Positions 20,416 through 30,695 are shown, counted from the first letter of the stretch. The stretch: 64,000 bases of DNA from Planctomycetota bacterium (GCA_038213805.1 JBBQSO010000003.1:32001-96000); one strand, 5' to 3'. The notes: generated from the sequence alone by a model not told the origin. Numbers and translations are program-made.

Positions 20416-21417
20416 TCAGCGGACCTTGGCGAGACGCTCAGACCCGCTCGGCGCCTTGCGCTGAAAGGGGCCGGTGACCGGGTCGAGACCGGTGTAGTTG
20501 GAGGGCGCGGCGCGGCTGACCAGCGGCACCCACAGGCGGTCGAGGCGCGCGTGTACCCAGCCGACCAGGCCGGGGAAGGGCGCGTAGAGGCAGGCGATAG
20601 CCGCCTCGCGCAGGCGCATGCGCCGGGCGCTGGGCGCGGCGGCCTGGGCATCGAGCTGGTGCATGGCGATCAGCGCCATGGTGAGCTGGGCGATGCGGAA
20701 GCGCACCTGGCTGGGCGACTGGCCCTGCAGGAAGGGCAGCAGCTGCGGATTGCGCTCGGCGTCCTCGAGGAAGTCGAGGACCAGCCGGTGCTCGTGGCGC
20801 AAGCGGTCGTCGACGTTGTCGGGCCCGAGGTACTCGCGAAACACCGAGTTGAAGAAGCCATTGCGGATGCCGTTCGAGCTCGGCCCGCGGCGCGGGTCAG
20901 GAGCGGCGATCTGCTTGCACCGCGCGACCTCGCCGGAGAGGTCCTCCCAGCCCTCGTCGGCGCCTTCCGGGCGCATCAGTGAGCGCAGGCGGCCGCTGAA
21001 GCGCGCCGCCATCTCAGGCGGCACCGGGAAGCTGGGCGCGTTGCGGCCGAAGGTGAAACCCCCGCACAGACGGTCTGCAGCAGCGGCGTCGAGCAGGCGG
21101 ATCTGCTCAAGGTCGATCTCCGGATCGAGGCGCGACAGCAACTTCCACGTCACGCGATAGAAGCCGATGACCAGGATCTGCAGTTCGGCGGCATCGACCG
21201 GCTGGGCGGCGCGGATGGTGTGCATCGCCGCGACGAAGGCGAGCGACACCGGGACGCCGGGATGGCGGGCGACTTCGGCGCGGATGCGTGCCAGCGGGCC
21301 GGCGTAGTCGCCGCGGTCGATCAGCTCGATGGTCCGGCGCAGCCGCTCGTTGGGCAGCGCACCGGTGATCATCGGCAGGGTGATGGCCTGTTCGACCTCG
21401 CTGAGCATGTCATCCAT
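20416..21417 (-). CDS. Hypothetical protein, 333 aa
   Basis: Long ORF with native codon bias; no recognised motif. Confidence 0.7.
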   Translation of the reverse strand: MDDMLSEVEQAITLPMITGALPNERLRRTIELIDRGDYAGPLARIRAEVARHPGVPVSLAFVAAMHTIRAAQPVDAAELQILVIGFYRVTWKLLSRLDPEIDLEQIRLLDAAAADRLCGGFTFGRNAPSFPVPPEMAARFSGRLRSLMRPEGADEGWEDLSGEVARCKQIAAPDPRRGPSSNGIRNGFFNSVFREYLGPDNVDDRLRHEHRLVLDFLEDAERNPQLLPFLQGQSPSQVRFRIAQLTMALIAMHQLDAQAAAPSARRMRLREAAIACLYAPFPGLVGWVHARLDRLWVPLVSRAAPSNYTGLDPVTGPFQRKAPSGSERLAKVR

Positions 21418-21420
21418 GAC

Positions 21421-21573
21421 GGTCTCGCTGGGACGGGGGTGGGAACGGACCGGTCAGGTGAAATGAAGGTGCCTAGCTTTTGGCCACCCCGCAATGCTGT
21501 GTAGCGATACACCCGGGAGCGGGTGGAAGGTGTAGATGGCCGGTCCGTTTCGTCAACGACGTTCGTCGGGACC
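21421..21573 (+). ncRNA. Candidate structured RNA (unassigned)
   Basis: Nested stems 21421-27/21567-73, 21442-56/21537-51, 21484-92/21519-26; apical GTGTA-GCGA-TACAC. Confidence 0.3.
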
Positions 21574-21663
21574 ATGACGTGCCGGAACCGCACTTCATCA
21601 AGACTTTATGGCACTGAGATCAACCGATAAGATCTTCTGTCAACGAGACTTCTAGACTCGCCG

Positions 21664-22506
21664 CTACGCCAACCCACCCGCGAAGAGCACCGCCAGATCG
21701 TCAGGCTGCTGGCGGATGCCGAACCAGAAGGGTCCGAACTCGGCATAGAGCGAACTCGCCGGATCGAAGCGCATTTCGCTGATGAGCTTCTTGAATACCA
21801 GCGGCTGATCGGCGTGCAGGCTGACGCCCCACTCCCAGTCGTCGAACCCGATCGAGCCGCCGATCACCTGCACCACCTCGCGGTGATACTTGTGGCCGAT
21901 GCGGCCGTGGCCACGCATCAGGCTGCGGCGCTCCTCGGGGCGCAGCGCATACCAGTTGTGCGTGTCGCCGCGGCGCTTGCTCATCGGGTAGAAGCACAGG
22001 TAGCGGTTTTCGGGGATGAAGCGGAAGACCCGCGACTCGAGCGCCTTGCGCTGCGCCGCCATTTCGACCTCGAAGGCCTCGCCGTATTCCGCAGATCCGG
22101 CGACGAGGCCGCGGTCGGCGACCTTATGCTGGGCGATCGCGGTCGCCTCGTTCAGGCTGGCCTCGATCACCGAGAAGTAGGAATAGACCGGCTTGAGGAA
22201 CTGGAACAGGCGCAGGCGCTTGAACGAGCGCTCGGTGCGATTGAGGGCGTCGACGTTCTTGCGGTAGTGGATCAGCATCAGGTCGCCCTTCTGCCCGAGC
22301 AGGCTGTAGAGCGCCGAGTGCAGCTGCCCCACCCCGGTCTCGTCCTGCAGCCAGCCGACCGCCTCGGTGATGATCGCGCTGCGCTCCTGCGGGGCCTGGG
22401 CGAGCCAGTACGGCCACATCACCGCATAAGCGTCATGCAGGACGAAGTGCCCTTCGATGGTTTGCGGGGCATCGGAGGCGGATGTTGCTGCGGGATGTTC
22501 TGCCAT
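21664..22506 (-). CDS. hemQ: Coproheme decarboxylase (chlorite dismutase family, HemQ/ChdC)
   Basis: YSLLGQKGDLMLIH; CFYPMSKRR; NWY; proximal HG; VQVIGGSIGFDDWEWGV; EMRFDPASSLYAEFGPF. Confidence 0.85.
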   Translation of the reverse strand: MAEHPAATSASDAPQTIEGHFVLHDAYAVMWPYWLAQAPQERSAIITEAVGWLQDETGVGQLHSALYSLLGQKGDLMLIHYRKNVDALNRTERSFKRLRLFQFLKPVYSYFSVIEASLNEATAIAQHKVADRGLVAGSAEYGEAFEVEMAAQRKALESRVFRFIPENRYLCFYPMSKRRGDTHNWYALRPEERRSLMRGHGRIGHKYHREVVQVIGGSIGFDDWEWGVSLHADQPLVFKKLISEMRFDPASSLYAEFGPFWFGIRQQPDDLAVLFAGGLA

Positions 22507-22590
22507 GGGGATGATCCTGGTGCCAGTATCCGCCACCGGGGCGGCCGGGGGAAGACCTTGGCAGCCAACCTGCGACGGGGAAGCGGCTTG

Positions 22591-25305
22591 TCAGCGCTTC
22601 TTGGCGGGGCTGCGCTTGGGCTTGTCCTCGTCCTTCTCGACGGCCTTCTCGACCCACTTGCCGTCGACATGGAACGAGGTCCAGCCGCTCGGCTCGCCGT
22701 CATGCTCGCTGGCAAGGTAGTGCTCGCGGGTCTTGCGGCTGAAGCGGATCATCACCGGACGGCCCTGAGGATCAGTAGCGGGGGCGTCGGCGAGGTAGAG
22801 GAACTTGGGATCGAGTTCGCTGCGGTGGCGCGCGAGGTCGGCGACCGCGGGCGCGCGCGTCTCGCGCACCTTGGGGTAGAGGTTCGACGCCAGGAACACG
22901 CCGAGCGCACCGTCGCGCAGCACGAAGTGGCCACCCTTGGTGCAGGCCAGTTCGGGCATGTGCACCGGGGGCGCCTTGGGCGGCGCGGCCTGGCCGCTGC
23001 GCAGCAGCTTGCGCGTGTTGGCGCATTCCGGGTAGCGCGTGCAGGCGAAGTACTTGCCGAAGCGCCCGACGCGCAGCTGCATGGTCGCCCCGCACTTGTC
23101 GCAGGGGATGACCGGGCCTTCGTAGCCCTTGAGCTTGAACTGGCCTGCCTCCACGAACACGCCCGCGCAGTCGGGGTTGTTGCCGCAGATGTGCAGCTTG
23201 CGGTGCTCGTCGACCAGCCACGCGTCCATGGCGGTGGCGCAGATCGGGCAGCGCTTCTTCTCAAGCACCTCGCGCGCGTCGCCCTCGGCGGCCTCGTCCT
23301 CGCCGTCCTTGGCGGCGACCGCGATGGCCTCCTCGCCGGGGACGAGGTTGAGGGTGCCGGTGCAGCGGCCCTCCTTCAGCGGCAGGTTGTACCCGGTGCA
23401 GCTCAGGAACACGCCGGTGCGGCCGGTGCGGATGGCCATCGGCCGGCCGCACTTCGCGCAGGCGATCGGCGTCGGCACCGGTTCGTTGGTGCGCATCGCG
23501 GCGCTGGCGCCCTCGAGCTTGGCCTTGAAGCCCTTGTAGAAGTCGTCGAGCACAGTCTTCCACTCGGACTTGTGCTCGGCGATCTCGTCGAGGTCTTCCT
23601 CCATGCCGGCGGTGAAGCCGTAGTCCATCAGGTCGGGGAAACTCTCGGTGAGGCGGCCGGTGACGATGTCGCCGAGCTTCTCGGCGTAGAAGCGGCGGTT
23701 GGCGAGCTTAACGTAGCCGCGTTCCTGGATGGTCGAGGTGATCGCCGCGTAGGTCGACGGGCGGCCGATGCTGCGGCTCTCGAGTTCCTTCACCAGGCTG
23801 GCTTCGCTGTAGCGGGGCGGCGGCTTGGTGAAGTGCTGGCTGGGATCGAGCATGACCAACTGCAGCACCTGGCCGACCTGCACCGAGGGCAGTTCGGCGT
23901 CAAGCTGCTTGGCCGGCGGCTGGACCTTCTGGAAGCCGTCGAAGCGCAGCACGCGGCCGCTCGCGTTCAGCTCGTGGGCGGCCGCGGCGATGGTGATGCT
24001 GGTGGTGTCGAACTCGGCCGGCGGCATCTGACAGGCGACGAACTGGCGCCAAATAAGGTCGTAGAGGCGCGCCTCGTCGTTTTCGAGCCCGGCGATCTCA
24101 CGCGTAGCGACGTCGGTCGGGCGGATCGCCTCGTGGGCTTCCTGGGCGCCGGCCTTCGATTTGTAGCGGACCGCGTTCGCGGGCACGTAGCGCGGGCCGA
24201 ACTGGGTGCCGATCAGCGCGCGGCAGGCGGCGACCGCCTCGGCGCTGAGGTTGACCGAATCGGTACGCATGTAGGTGATGTGGCCGGCCTCGTACAGGCG
24301 CTGCGCCAGGGTCATGGTCTTCTTGACCGAGAAGCTGAGTCGGACCGAGGCCGCCTGCTGCAGGGTCGAGGTGATATAGGGTGCGGTCGGGAAGGCGCGT
24401 GCGGGCTTGTCGTCGCGCTCGGCGACGGTGTAGGTGGCGCCCTTCAGCGCGGCCAGCGCGGCGTCGATGTGCGCCTTCGTGGTCGGCTCAAAGGGCGCGC
24501 CCCTGGCCTTCACCACCTTGGCGCGCAGCGGCGCGGGGCTGGTGAGGTCGGCGTGCAGCTCCCAATACTCGACGGGGATGAAGGCGCGGATCGCGCGTTC
24601 GCGTTCGACCACCAGGCGCACCGCCACCGACTGCACGCGGCCAGCGGAGAGGCCGCGTGCGACCTTGGCCCACAGCAGTGGGCTGACCATGAAGCCGACC
24701 ACGCGGTCGAGGAAGCGCCGCGCCTGCTGGGCGTGCACGCCGTCGAGATCGAGTTCACCCGATTTCGAGAAGGCCTCCTGGATCGCCGTCTGGGTGATCT
24801 CCGAGAAGGTCACGCGCTTGAAGACCTTGGGCGTCCCGCTGGTGGCGTCGGTCAGCACCTCGCGCAGGTGCCAGGCGATGGCCTCGCCCTCGCGGTCACG
24901 GTCGGTCGCCAGATAGATGGTGTCGGCCTCGGCGGCGTATTCCTGGAGTTCCTTCAGCACCTTCTGCTTGCCGGGCAGGATCTCGTAGCGCGCCTCCCAG
25001 CCGTGCTCGGGATCGACGCCCATGCGCCGCACCAGGGCGGTCTGGGCCTTGGCGGCCTTGGCGATGACTTTGTCCTCGGGCGAGAGTTTCGAGGCGCGCG
25101 CCGCCTTGGCCGCTGCCTGCAGCTTCTTCAATTTCTCAGCCTTCTTCTCCTCTTCGGTCTTGCCCTCGTCCTCCTCGCTTTCGCTGCCCGAGGGCAGGTC
25201 GCGGATGTGGCCGTAGCTGGATTTGACGATGAAGTTCTTCCCCAAGTACTTGTTGATGGTCTTGGCCTTGGCAGGCGACTCGACGATGACCAGGGAACGG
25301 CCCAT
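22591..25305 (-). CDS. topA: DNA topoisomerase I
   Basis: LVIVESPAKAKTI; ATDRDREGEAI; SAGRVQS; ITYMRTD (catalytic Tyr); C-terminal zinc ribbons. Confidence 0.97.
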   Translation of the reverse strand: MGRSLVIVESPAKAKTINKYLGKNFIVKSSYGHIRDLPSGSESEEDEGKTEEEKKAEKLKKLQAAAKAARASKLSPEDKVIAKAAKAQTALVRRMGVDPEHGWEARYEILPGKQKVLKELQEYAAEADTIYLATDRDREGEAIAWHLREVLTDATSGTPKVFKRVTFSEITQTAIQEAFSKSGELDLDGVHAQQARRFLDRVVGFMVSPLLWAKVARGLSAGRVQSVAVRLVVERERAIRAFIPVEYWELHADLTSPAPLRAKVVKARGAPFEPTTKAHIDAALAALKGATYTVAERDDKPARAFPTAPYITSTLQQAASVRLSFSVKKTMTLAQRLYEAGHITYMRTDSVNLSAEAVAACRALIGTQFGPRYVPANAVRYKSKAGAQEAHEAIRPTDVATREIAGLENDEARLYDLIWRQFVACQMPPAEFDTTSITIAAAAHELNASGRVLRFDGFQKVQPPAKQLDAELPSVQVGQVLQLVMLDPSQHFTKPPPRYSEASLVKELESRSIGRPSTYAAITSTIQERGYVKLANRRFYAEKLGDIVTGRLTESFPDLMDYGFTAGMEEDLDEIAEHKSEWKTVLDDFYKGFKAKLEGASAAMRTNEPVPTPIACAKCGRPMAIRTGRTGVFLSCTGYNLPLKEGRCTGTLNLVPGEEAIAVAAKDGEDEAAEGDAREVLEKKRCPICATAMDAWLVDEHRKLHICGNNPDCAGVFVEAGQFKLKGYEGPVIPCDKCGATMQLRVGRFGKYFACTRYPECANTRKLLRSGQAAPPKAPPVHMPELACTKGGHFVLRDGALGVFLASNLYPKVRETRAPAVADLARHRSELDPKFLYLADAPATDPQGRPVMIRFSRKTREHYLASEHDGEPSGWTSFHVDGKWVEKAVEKDEDKPKRSPAKKR

Positions 25306-25867
25306 ACGCTTCCTTCGGCAGAGTGACAGCGGGGAGGTATATGTGAGGCGGACCCCTGCGGTCAAGTGGCTAGGGGGAAAGGGCCCTTGGGCTGACCGCG
25401 CGCTGCGGAGCGCCCAGCGGGGTAGGCGACAAGCCCATGGAAGCGCCTGCCATCACGCTGGTAACGGCATCGCGGACAGGACTCTCCGGAGCCGGTCCAA
25501 TCCCCTTCCGGAACGCCTTGCCGAAGGTTCTGTCGCCGTGGACTCCCCGGTGCATCCATGGTTCCTCGCGTGCGCCCGCCCCCCTTTAACATGGCAGCAC
25601 TCGGGTCCGGGCGGCGCAGCCGCGGTTGGCGAGCAGCGGCCTCGTGCGTCTCGCGCCCAGCGACTTGAGCATTGTGGCACGTGGTTACGTGTTCTGTCAT
25701 CTGCGATGAGCGTCTGTGCTCTCACGGTAATGCACGACCACGCGCCACCTCACCTTCGGACGTCTTGCGCGCACTCCGCACCCCGCACCTCCCAACTCGT
25801 CTTCCCACGATCTTCACACCCCCGCGCCCGAACTGGCGTGGCGGTGCCGCTCCGCCACGCTGCGCCC

Positions 25868-27118
25868 ATGCCCACGCCCGCCGCACTGGTCGACGCCCAC
25901 CTGCTCCCCGAGCTGGCAGCGCTGCGCGCGGTCGATCCCGCCAGCGCGGACGAGCGCGTGCGGCGGATGAGCGTCGACACCAGCGCGTTCCTGCGCGGCA
26001 GCTTGCGCCTGCATGGACATTGGGTGCTCGCCGAATGCGGCATCGTCGGACCATGGGTGTGGGCGGTCGGGGATGCCCACCAGGCCAACTTCGCGACCCT
26101 CGCCAATGGCCCGGTCAACCGCCACGGCGTGATTCCCGTGACCTACGGCATCAGCGATGTGGACGACGAGCTGCCCACGCCCTGGCGCTGGGATGCGCTG
26201 CGCCTGCTCGCGAGCTTGGCGGTGGCGCGGCCAGGCCTGCGCCCCGCGGATCTCGGCATCCTGTGTGCGACCTTCCTGGCCCACTACGTGCGCACCCTTG
26301 AGCGCCTCGCCGAGGACGACGCGCTGGCCCTGCGCATCGACCGCACCGGACTGCCGGAGGCGCTGCACAGCCTCATCGATCACGATAGCGATCCGGAATA
26401 CCGCGCGCGCCGGGTCGCGCGCCACCTCGACGACGGTGGAGCGCGACCGCGCCTGCGCCTGGGTCCCGGGCTGGTCGCCGACCAGGAGACCGCGGCGTGG
26501 TTGCCGGGGGCGCTTGAACAGCTGTGGGAAGGAATGGCGAACCTGCCCAAAGTGCGCGTCCTGGAAGTCGCGCGGAGGCTGAACAGCGGCGGCATCTCCT
26601 CGCTCGGCCGGCGACGCTGGCTGGCGCTGATCCGTGAGCAACCGCGCGGCGAGCGGCACCTGCGCGTGATCGAGATCAAGGAGCGCCCGCCGAGCGCGCT
26701 GACCACCTTGCTCACGGTCTCGCCGTTCGCCCCGCGGTCGGGGCGGCGCGGGCCGCTGACCCTGGCGATGGGTGGCGATCCCTATCAGGGCGTGCTGTGC
26801 ACCGCCCCGGCGACCTACCTGGTGCGCACGCGCTGCCATACGCGCAGCACCCTCGACCTCAACGCGCTCGATGGTGGCGACCTGCGCCGCCTCGCCGAGC
26901 TGTGGGGCCAGCTGCTCGCCGACTTCCACGTGCGCGGCCTGCGCGCGCTGGGTGCAGCCACACCGGCGCAACTGACTGCGCTGGCCGCAGACGCCACCGC
27001 GGCGCGAAAGGCGCTACCCGACCAGGCGCGGGCCTTGGCGGCGTTCAACACCCGGGCCATGGCGGCCTTCCTGAAGGCCGCGCCCGGTCTGGGCAAGACC
27101 CGGCCGATCAAGCGCTGA
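25868..27118 (+). CDS. DUF2252 family protein (kinase-like fold)
   Basis: RRMS...AFLRGS; GDAHQANF; SDVDDE; PWRWDALRL; GISSLGRRRW; IEIKE. Confidence 0.75.
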   Translation: MPTPAALVDAHLLPELAALRAVDPASADERVRRMSVDTSAFLRGSLRLHGHWVLAECGIVGPWVWAVGDAHQANFATLANGPVNRHGVIPVTYGISDVDDELPTPWRWDALRLLASLAVARPGLRPADLGILCATFLAHYVRTLERLAEDDALALRIDRTGLPEALHSLIDHDSDPEYRARRVARHLDDGGARPRLRLGPGLVADQETAAWLPGALEQLWEGMANLPKVRVLEVARRLNSGGISSLGRRRWLALIREQPRGERHLRVIEIKERPPSALTTLLTVSPFAPRSGRRGPLTLAMGGDPYQGVLCTAPATYLVRTRCHTRSTLDLNALDGGDLRRLAELWGQLLADFHVRGLRALGAATPAQLTALAADATAARKALPDQARALAAFNTRAMAAFLKAAPGLGKTRPIKR

Positions 27119-27433
27119 CCCAAGTCGATCCCTGAAGATCCGGGATTTTTACCGCCAAGACGCCAGAGTCCGCGGGAATCACGGCACGGGAAGAGCGCTG
27201 ATGCAAGGAAAGGTCTGCGAGGACACATATACCCAGGGTTGCTCACCTGGCGCGCTCCATTCTTGACGTCGTGGCACTGAAAATCCCTGGAGCCGCCGCA
27301 GCGCCGTCTCCACCCATGGAACGCGGCCGACACGGTGTAAGCCCAGCCGCCAACGCGCGTCAGCTACCTTCCGTATCATCGGCACGGAACGGCGCTTGAG
27401 CCGGACCAGCCCGCCCATCACCCTGCCTTACCC

Positions 27434-30400
27434 ATGCCTCACGGACTGCTTCCAGCCGCGCCGCGCCGCCACCTCTTCGACCGCCCGGTCGGGATCCTGG
27501 CGGTGCTCGCCGCGTTGCTGGTGCTTGGTGGCGCCGCCCTGCCCGGGTTGCGCATCAACCTTGTGCCGCCCGGCTTCCAGGCGCCGATGGCCTTCGTCAC
27601 CATGAGCATGGACACCGAGTCCAGCATCGAGGCCCTCGAAGCGGTCACCCGTCCGGCCGAAGAGATCCTGCGCAGTCTCAACGGCGCGGACTGGGTGCGC
27701 ACCGACACCAAGGGCGGACGCGTCAGCATCGCCATCGGCGCCGCCCACGGCGTGACCGCCAACGACCTCGCCGGGCGGGTCAGCGAGGCGCTCGACGCCA
27801 ATCGCCAGCGCTTTCCGCCGACCATGCGCCGGCCGTCGGTGGGCACCTGGTCGCTCGACGAGAGCGTGCCGCTGATCGAACTGGCCTTCGATTCCGGCGC
27901 GCTGGACGAAGGCGCCTTCCGCGACCTGGTCGAGCGCAAGCTGATGCCGGCGGCGATGCGCGTGCCGGGCGTGGCCAAGGTCGGCCACAGCCTCGAAGGT
28001 GAAGGTATGCTGATGGTCGGCTTCGACCCGCACCTGTCGACTGCGGCGCGCGTCGACCTGCGCACCGTGATCGCACACCTGGGCGCCGCACCGCCGCGCT
28101 CGCACACCCTGCCGGTGCGCGACCAGGACCGCCGCCGCGAGCAGGTGCTGCGCGTGCGCAGCGCCGACCTCGACCAGGCGGGCCTGCCGGACCTGCCGCT
28201 CGGCGGTGGCGCGCGCCTCAGCGATGTCGCCGAGGTCGAGTCTCTGCCAGCGGATTATGGCCACTGGGTGGTGGTGAACGGGCGCTTCGGCGCGATCATG
28301 CACGTCTTTCAGAGCCCGGACGCGAGCAGCTTCACCACCTCGGCCGCGGTCGCGCGCGCGCTGCAGGACGAGGCCAACCGCGCCGGCGTGGCGATGACCG
28401 TCCAGCGCGCCACCCACCTCGAGATCGCCTCGGCCTTCAACGAGCTGGCCGGCGCGGCCTGCATCGGCGTGGCGGTGTCGGTGACCTTCCTGGTGCTGTT
28501 CCTGCGCCGCTACCGCCTGGCGCTGCTGGTGTGCGCGGCGCTGCCGCTGTCGATGGCGATGGCGGTGCTCGCCATGGCGGCGACTGATCGCAGTTTGAAC
28601 CTGCTCTCGCTGATCGGCTTCCTGCTCGCCTCGGGCATGGTCATCGACAACGCCATCGTGGTCGGCGAGGCGCTGCTGCGCGCGCGCGATGGCGCCGACC
28701 CCGCGGAGCGGGCGCGCATCCAGCGCCGCGCGGTGGCCTCGGTGGCGATGGCGATCGTGGTCTCGACGGTGACCACCCTGGCCTTGTTCGTGCCGATGAT
28801 CGTCACCGGCGACACCGGCGGCATGCGTCCGCTGCTGGTCGGCGTGGGCAAGCCGATCGGTTGGAGCCTGTTCGGCAGCCTGATCATCGCCCTGGTGCTG
28901 GTGCCGATGGCCTTCCCGCGCCTCTACCCGCGCGGCATGAGCGCGGGCGGGCGCCACCGTGGCCACGCCGCCTGGCTGATCCGCGCCGAGCGTCGCTATG
29001 GCCGCGTGCTGGGCTGGCTGCTGCTGCGCCCGGCTCTCGGTCTGCTGCTGGTCGCGGTGGTGACCGCGGGCTGCGCCACGCTGCTGTGGTTCAAGCCGCC
29101 GCTGGGCAGCGACAACGGCGAGGACGATCGCCGCATCGAACTGTCCGCGAACGCGCGCGGCAATCCACACGCCAAGGACATCGCCGCCGCCTTCCAGCGC
29201 TGGCAGGACGAGTTGGGCCCGCAGCGCGCGCGCCTCGGCATCACCTCGATCGTCTCCGACTTCACCCTCGATCACGGCTCGCTGCGCATCTATTTGACCC
29301 CGCTCGACCCGCAGGGGCGGACGCTGGCCAAGCTGCGCGAAGAGATCATCGGCCTGCTCACGCCACAGCTGGCGGTGACCCTTGACGACCACCTCAACCG
29401 CGCGCGCGGCGAAGCGGTCGAGGCAGTCGAGACCGACCCGAAGCAGAGCGCGGACGACCGCAAGAAGGCGGACGAGAAGCGCGCCGATGGTAAGCGCAAG
29501 CGCGACGCCGCGAAGAAGAACGCCCATGGCTCCCAAGTTGGCGGCGGCTTCGGCGGGGGCTGGGCTTCCGCCAACCAGGTGACGCTGCGCATGCTCGCCC
29601 CCGACGAGGCGACCATCGACGAGGCCTGGACCCGGCTACGCGGCCTGCTGCTGACCACGCCGGGCGTGCAGTGGCCGGGTAGCCCGCTCCCCGAACCGCC
29701 GCATGATCTCGAGCTGGCGCTGACGCCGGTCGCGGAGGAGCGCGGCTGGCGCGCCGACCAGCTCGCCACGCAGGTCACGCGCTACGCCGGCACCCGGCAG
29801 GTGCTGAGCCTGCCCGACGGCAGGACGCTGCGCGTCGGCCCGCTCGAAGACCAGCCGCGCACGCTGGCGCGGCTGCTCGGCGTCGAGGTCATGAAGGACG
29901 CCGGCCCCGAACTGCTCGACAACCTGGTCACCCGCGACGAGACCCCAACCCAGGTGCAGATCAAGCGCCGCGACGGACTCAGCCAGCGGGAGTTCACCAT
30001 CAACGTCGAGCCCACGGCGAAATCCGGGCTGATCGCCCGCCTGCCGGAACTGGCCAAGGCTGCCGACCTGCCGGCCGGCGTGCAGGTGCAGCTGGGCTGG
30101 CGCGAAACGCGTTCGCAGCAGGGCAACGACCAGATGCTGCTGTCAATCGTGCTCGCCTTCCTGGTCATCTACCTGATCATGGGCATTCTCTACGAGTCGG
30201 TGCTCGCGCCGCTCGCGGTGATGGTGACGGTGCTGCTCGCCATGGTCACGGTGTGGGCGCTGCTCGGCTACGTCCACCTGTCCCTCGATCTGATGGTCTT
30301 CCTGGGACTGTTCATGCTGGTCGGCATCGTCGTCAACCACGGGGTGGTGCTGATCGACCGCATCGACGCGGCGGTGCCGATGGGCCGCCTGGCCGAGGCG

Positions 30401-30673
30401 CACCTGCGCCGGCGCGCGCCTTTGGCGGTGGCCGCCGCGGCCAGACGGCGCATGGCGCCGGTGCTGCTGACCAGCCTGACCACCATCGCCGGCGCCATCC
30501 CGATGGCCTTCAGCAACGGTCGCATCGACGGCACGCCGATCTCCGGCCTGGGTCTGTCCTTGACCATCGGGCTGAGCGCCGCGACGGTCTTCACCCTGGT
30601 GGTCATGCCCGTGGTATACCAATGGTTCGCGCTGCTGCGCGCGGGCGCGCTGCGCCTGCTGCGGACCTGGTGA
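27434..30673 (+). CDS. RND family permease (subunit 1)
   Basis: LNLLSLIGFLLASGMVIDNAIVV; GIVVNHGVVL; RMAPVLLTSLTTIAG; 12-TM layout. Confidence 0.88.
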   Translation: MPHGLLPAAPRRHLFDRPVGILAVLAALLVLGGAALPGLRINLVPPGFQAPMAFVTMSMDTESSIEALEAVTRPAEEILRSLNGADWVRTDTKGGRVSIAIGAAHGVTANDLAGRVSEALDANRQRFPPTMRRPSVGTWSLDESVPLIELAFDSGALDEGAFRDLVERKLMPAAMRVPGVAKVGHSLEGEGMLMVGFDPHLSTAARVDLRTVIAHLGAAPPRSHTLPVRDQDRRREQVLRVRSADLDQAGLPDLPLGGGARLSDVAEVESLPADYGHWVVVNGRFGAIMHVFQSPDASSFTTSAAVARALQDEANRAGVAMTVQRATHLEIASAFNELAGAACIGVAVSVTFLVLFLRRYRLALLVCAALPLSMAMAVLAMAATDRSLNLLSLIGFLLASGMVIDNAIVVGEALLRARDGADPAERARIQRRAVASVAMAIVVSTVTTLALFVPMIVTGDTGGMRPLLVGVGKPIGWSLFGSLIIALVLVPMAFPRLYPRGMSAGGRHRGHAAWLIRAERRYGRVLGWLLLRPALGLLLVAVVTAGCATLLWFKPPLGSDNGEDDRRIELSANARGNPHAKDIAAAFQRWQDELGPQRARLGITSIVSDFTLDHGSLRIYLTPLDPQGRTLAKLREEIIGLLTPQLAVTLDDHLNRARGEAVEAVETDPKQSADDRKKADEKRADGKRKRDAAKKNAHGSQVGGGFGGGWASANQVTLRMLAPDEATIDEAWTRLRGLLLTTPGVQWPGSPLPEPPHDLELALTPVAEERGWRADQLATQVTRYAGTRQVLSLPDGRTLRVGPLEDQPRTLARLLGVEVMKDAGPELLDNLVTRDETPTQVQIKRRDGLSQREFTINVEPTAKSGLIARLPELAKAADLPAGVQVQLGWRETRSQQGNDQMLLSIVLAFLVIYLIMGILYESVLAPLAVMVTVLLAMVTVWALLGYVHLSLDLMVFLGLFMLVGIVVNHGVVLIDRIDAAVPMGRLAEAHLRRRAPLAVAAAARRRMAPVLLTSLTTIAGAIPMAFSNGRIDGTPISGLGLSLTIGLSAATVFTLVVMPVVYQWFALLRAGALRLLRTW

Positions 30674-30695
30674 GCGGCATGGAGGGAACGTGTCC

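Noticed and set aside
21450..21472. SRP RNA (TCAGGT motif)
   Set aside because: Lacks the GGAA-loop/GCAGC domain IV continuation
21440..21605. Hammerhead ribozyme on the minus strand (TGATGA...GAAAC...GTT)
   Set aside because: Core reads UUGAUGA, not CUGAUGA, and no stem I pairing could be found
21814..25326. 1170-aa + strand ORF, and similar long antisense ORFs over ftsH, RND, pgi and others
   Set aside because: Shadow frames of real high-GC genes on the opposite strand; no motifs
25223..25867. 215-aa N-terminal extension of the DUF2252 ORF overlapping the topA start
   Set aside because: Atypical codons and overlap with the divergent promoter region; family similarity starts after ATG 25868
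27272..27287. sigma54 promoter for the RND operon (TGGCAC)
   Set aside because: No GC at the -12 position
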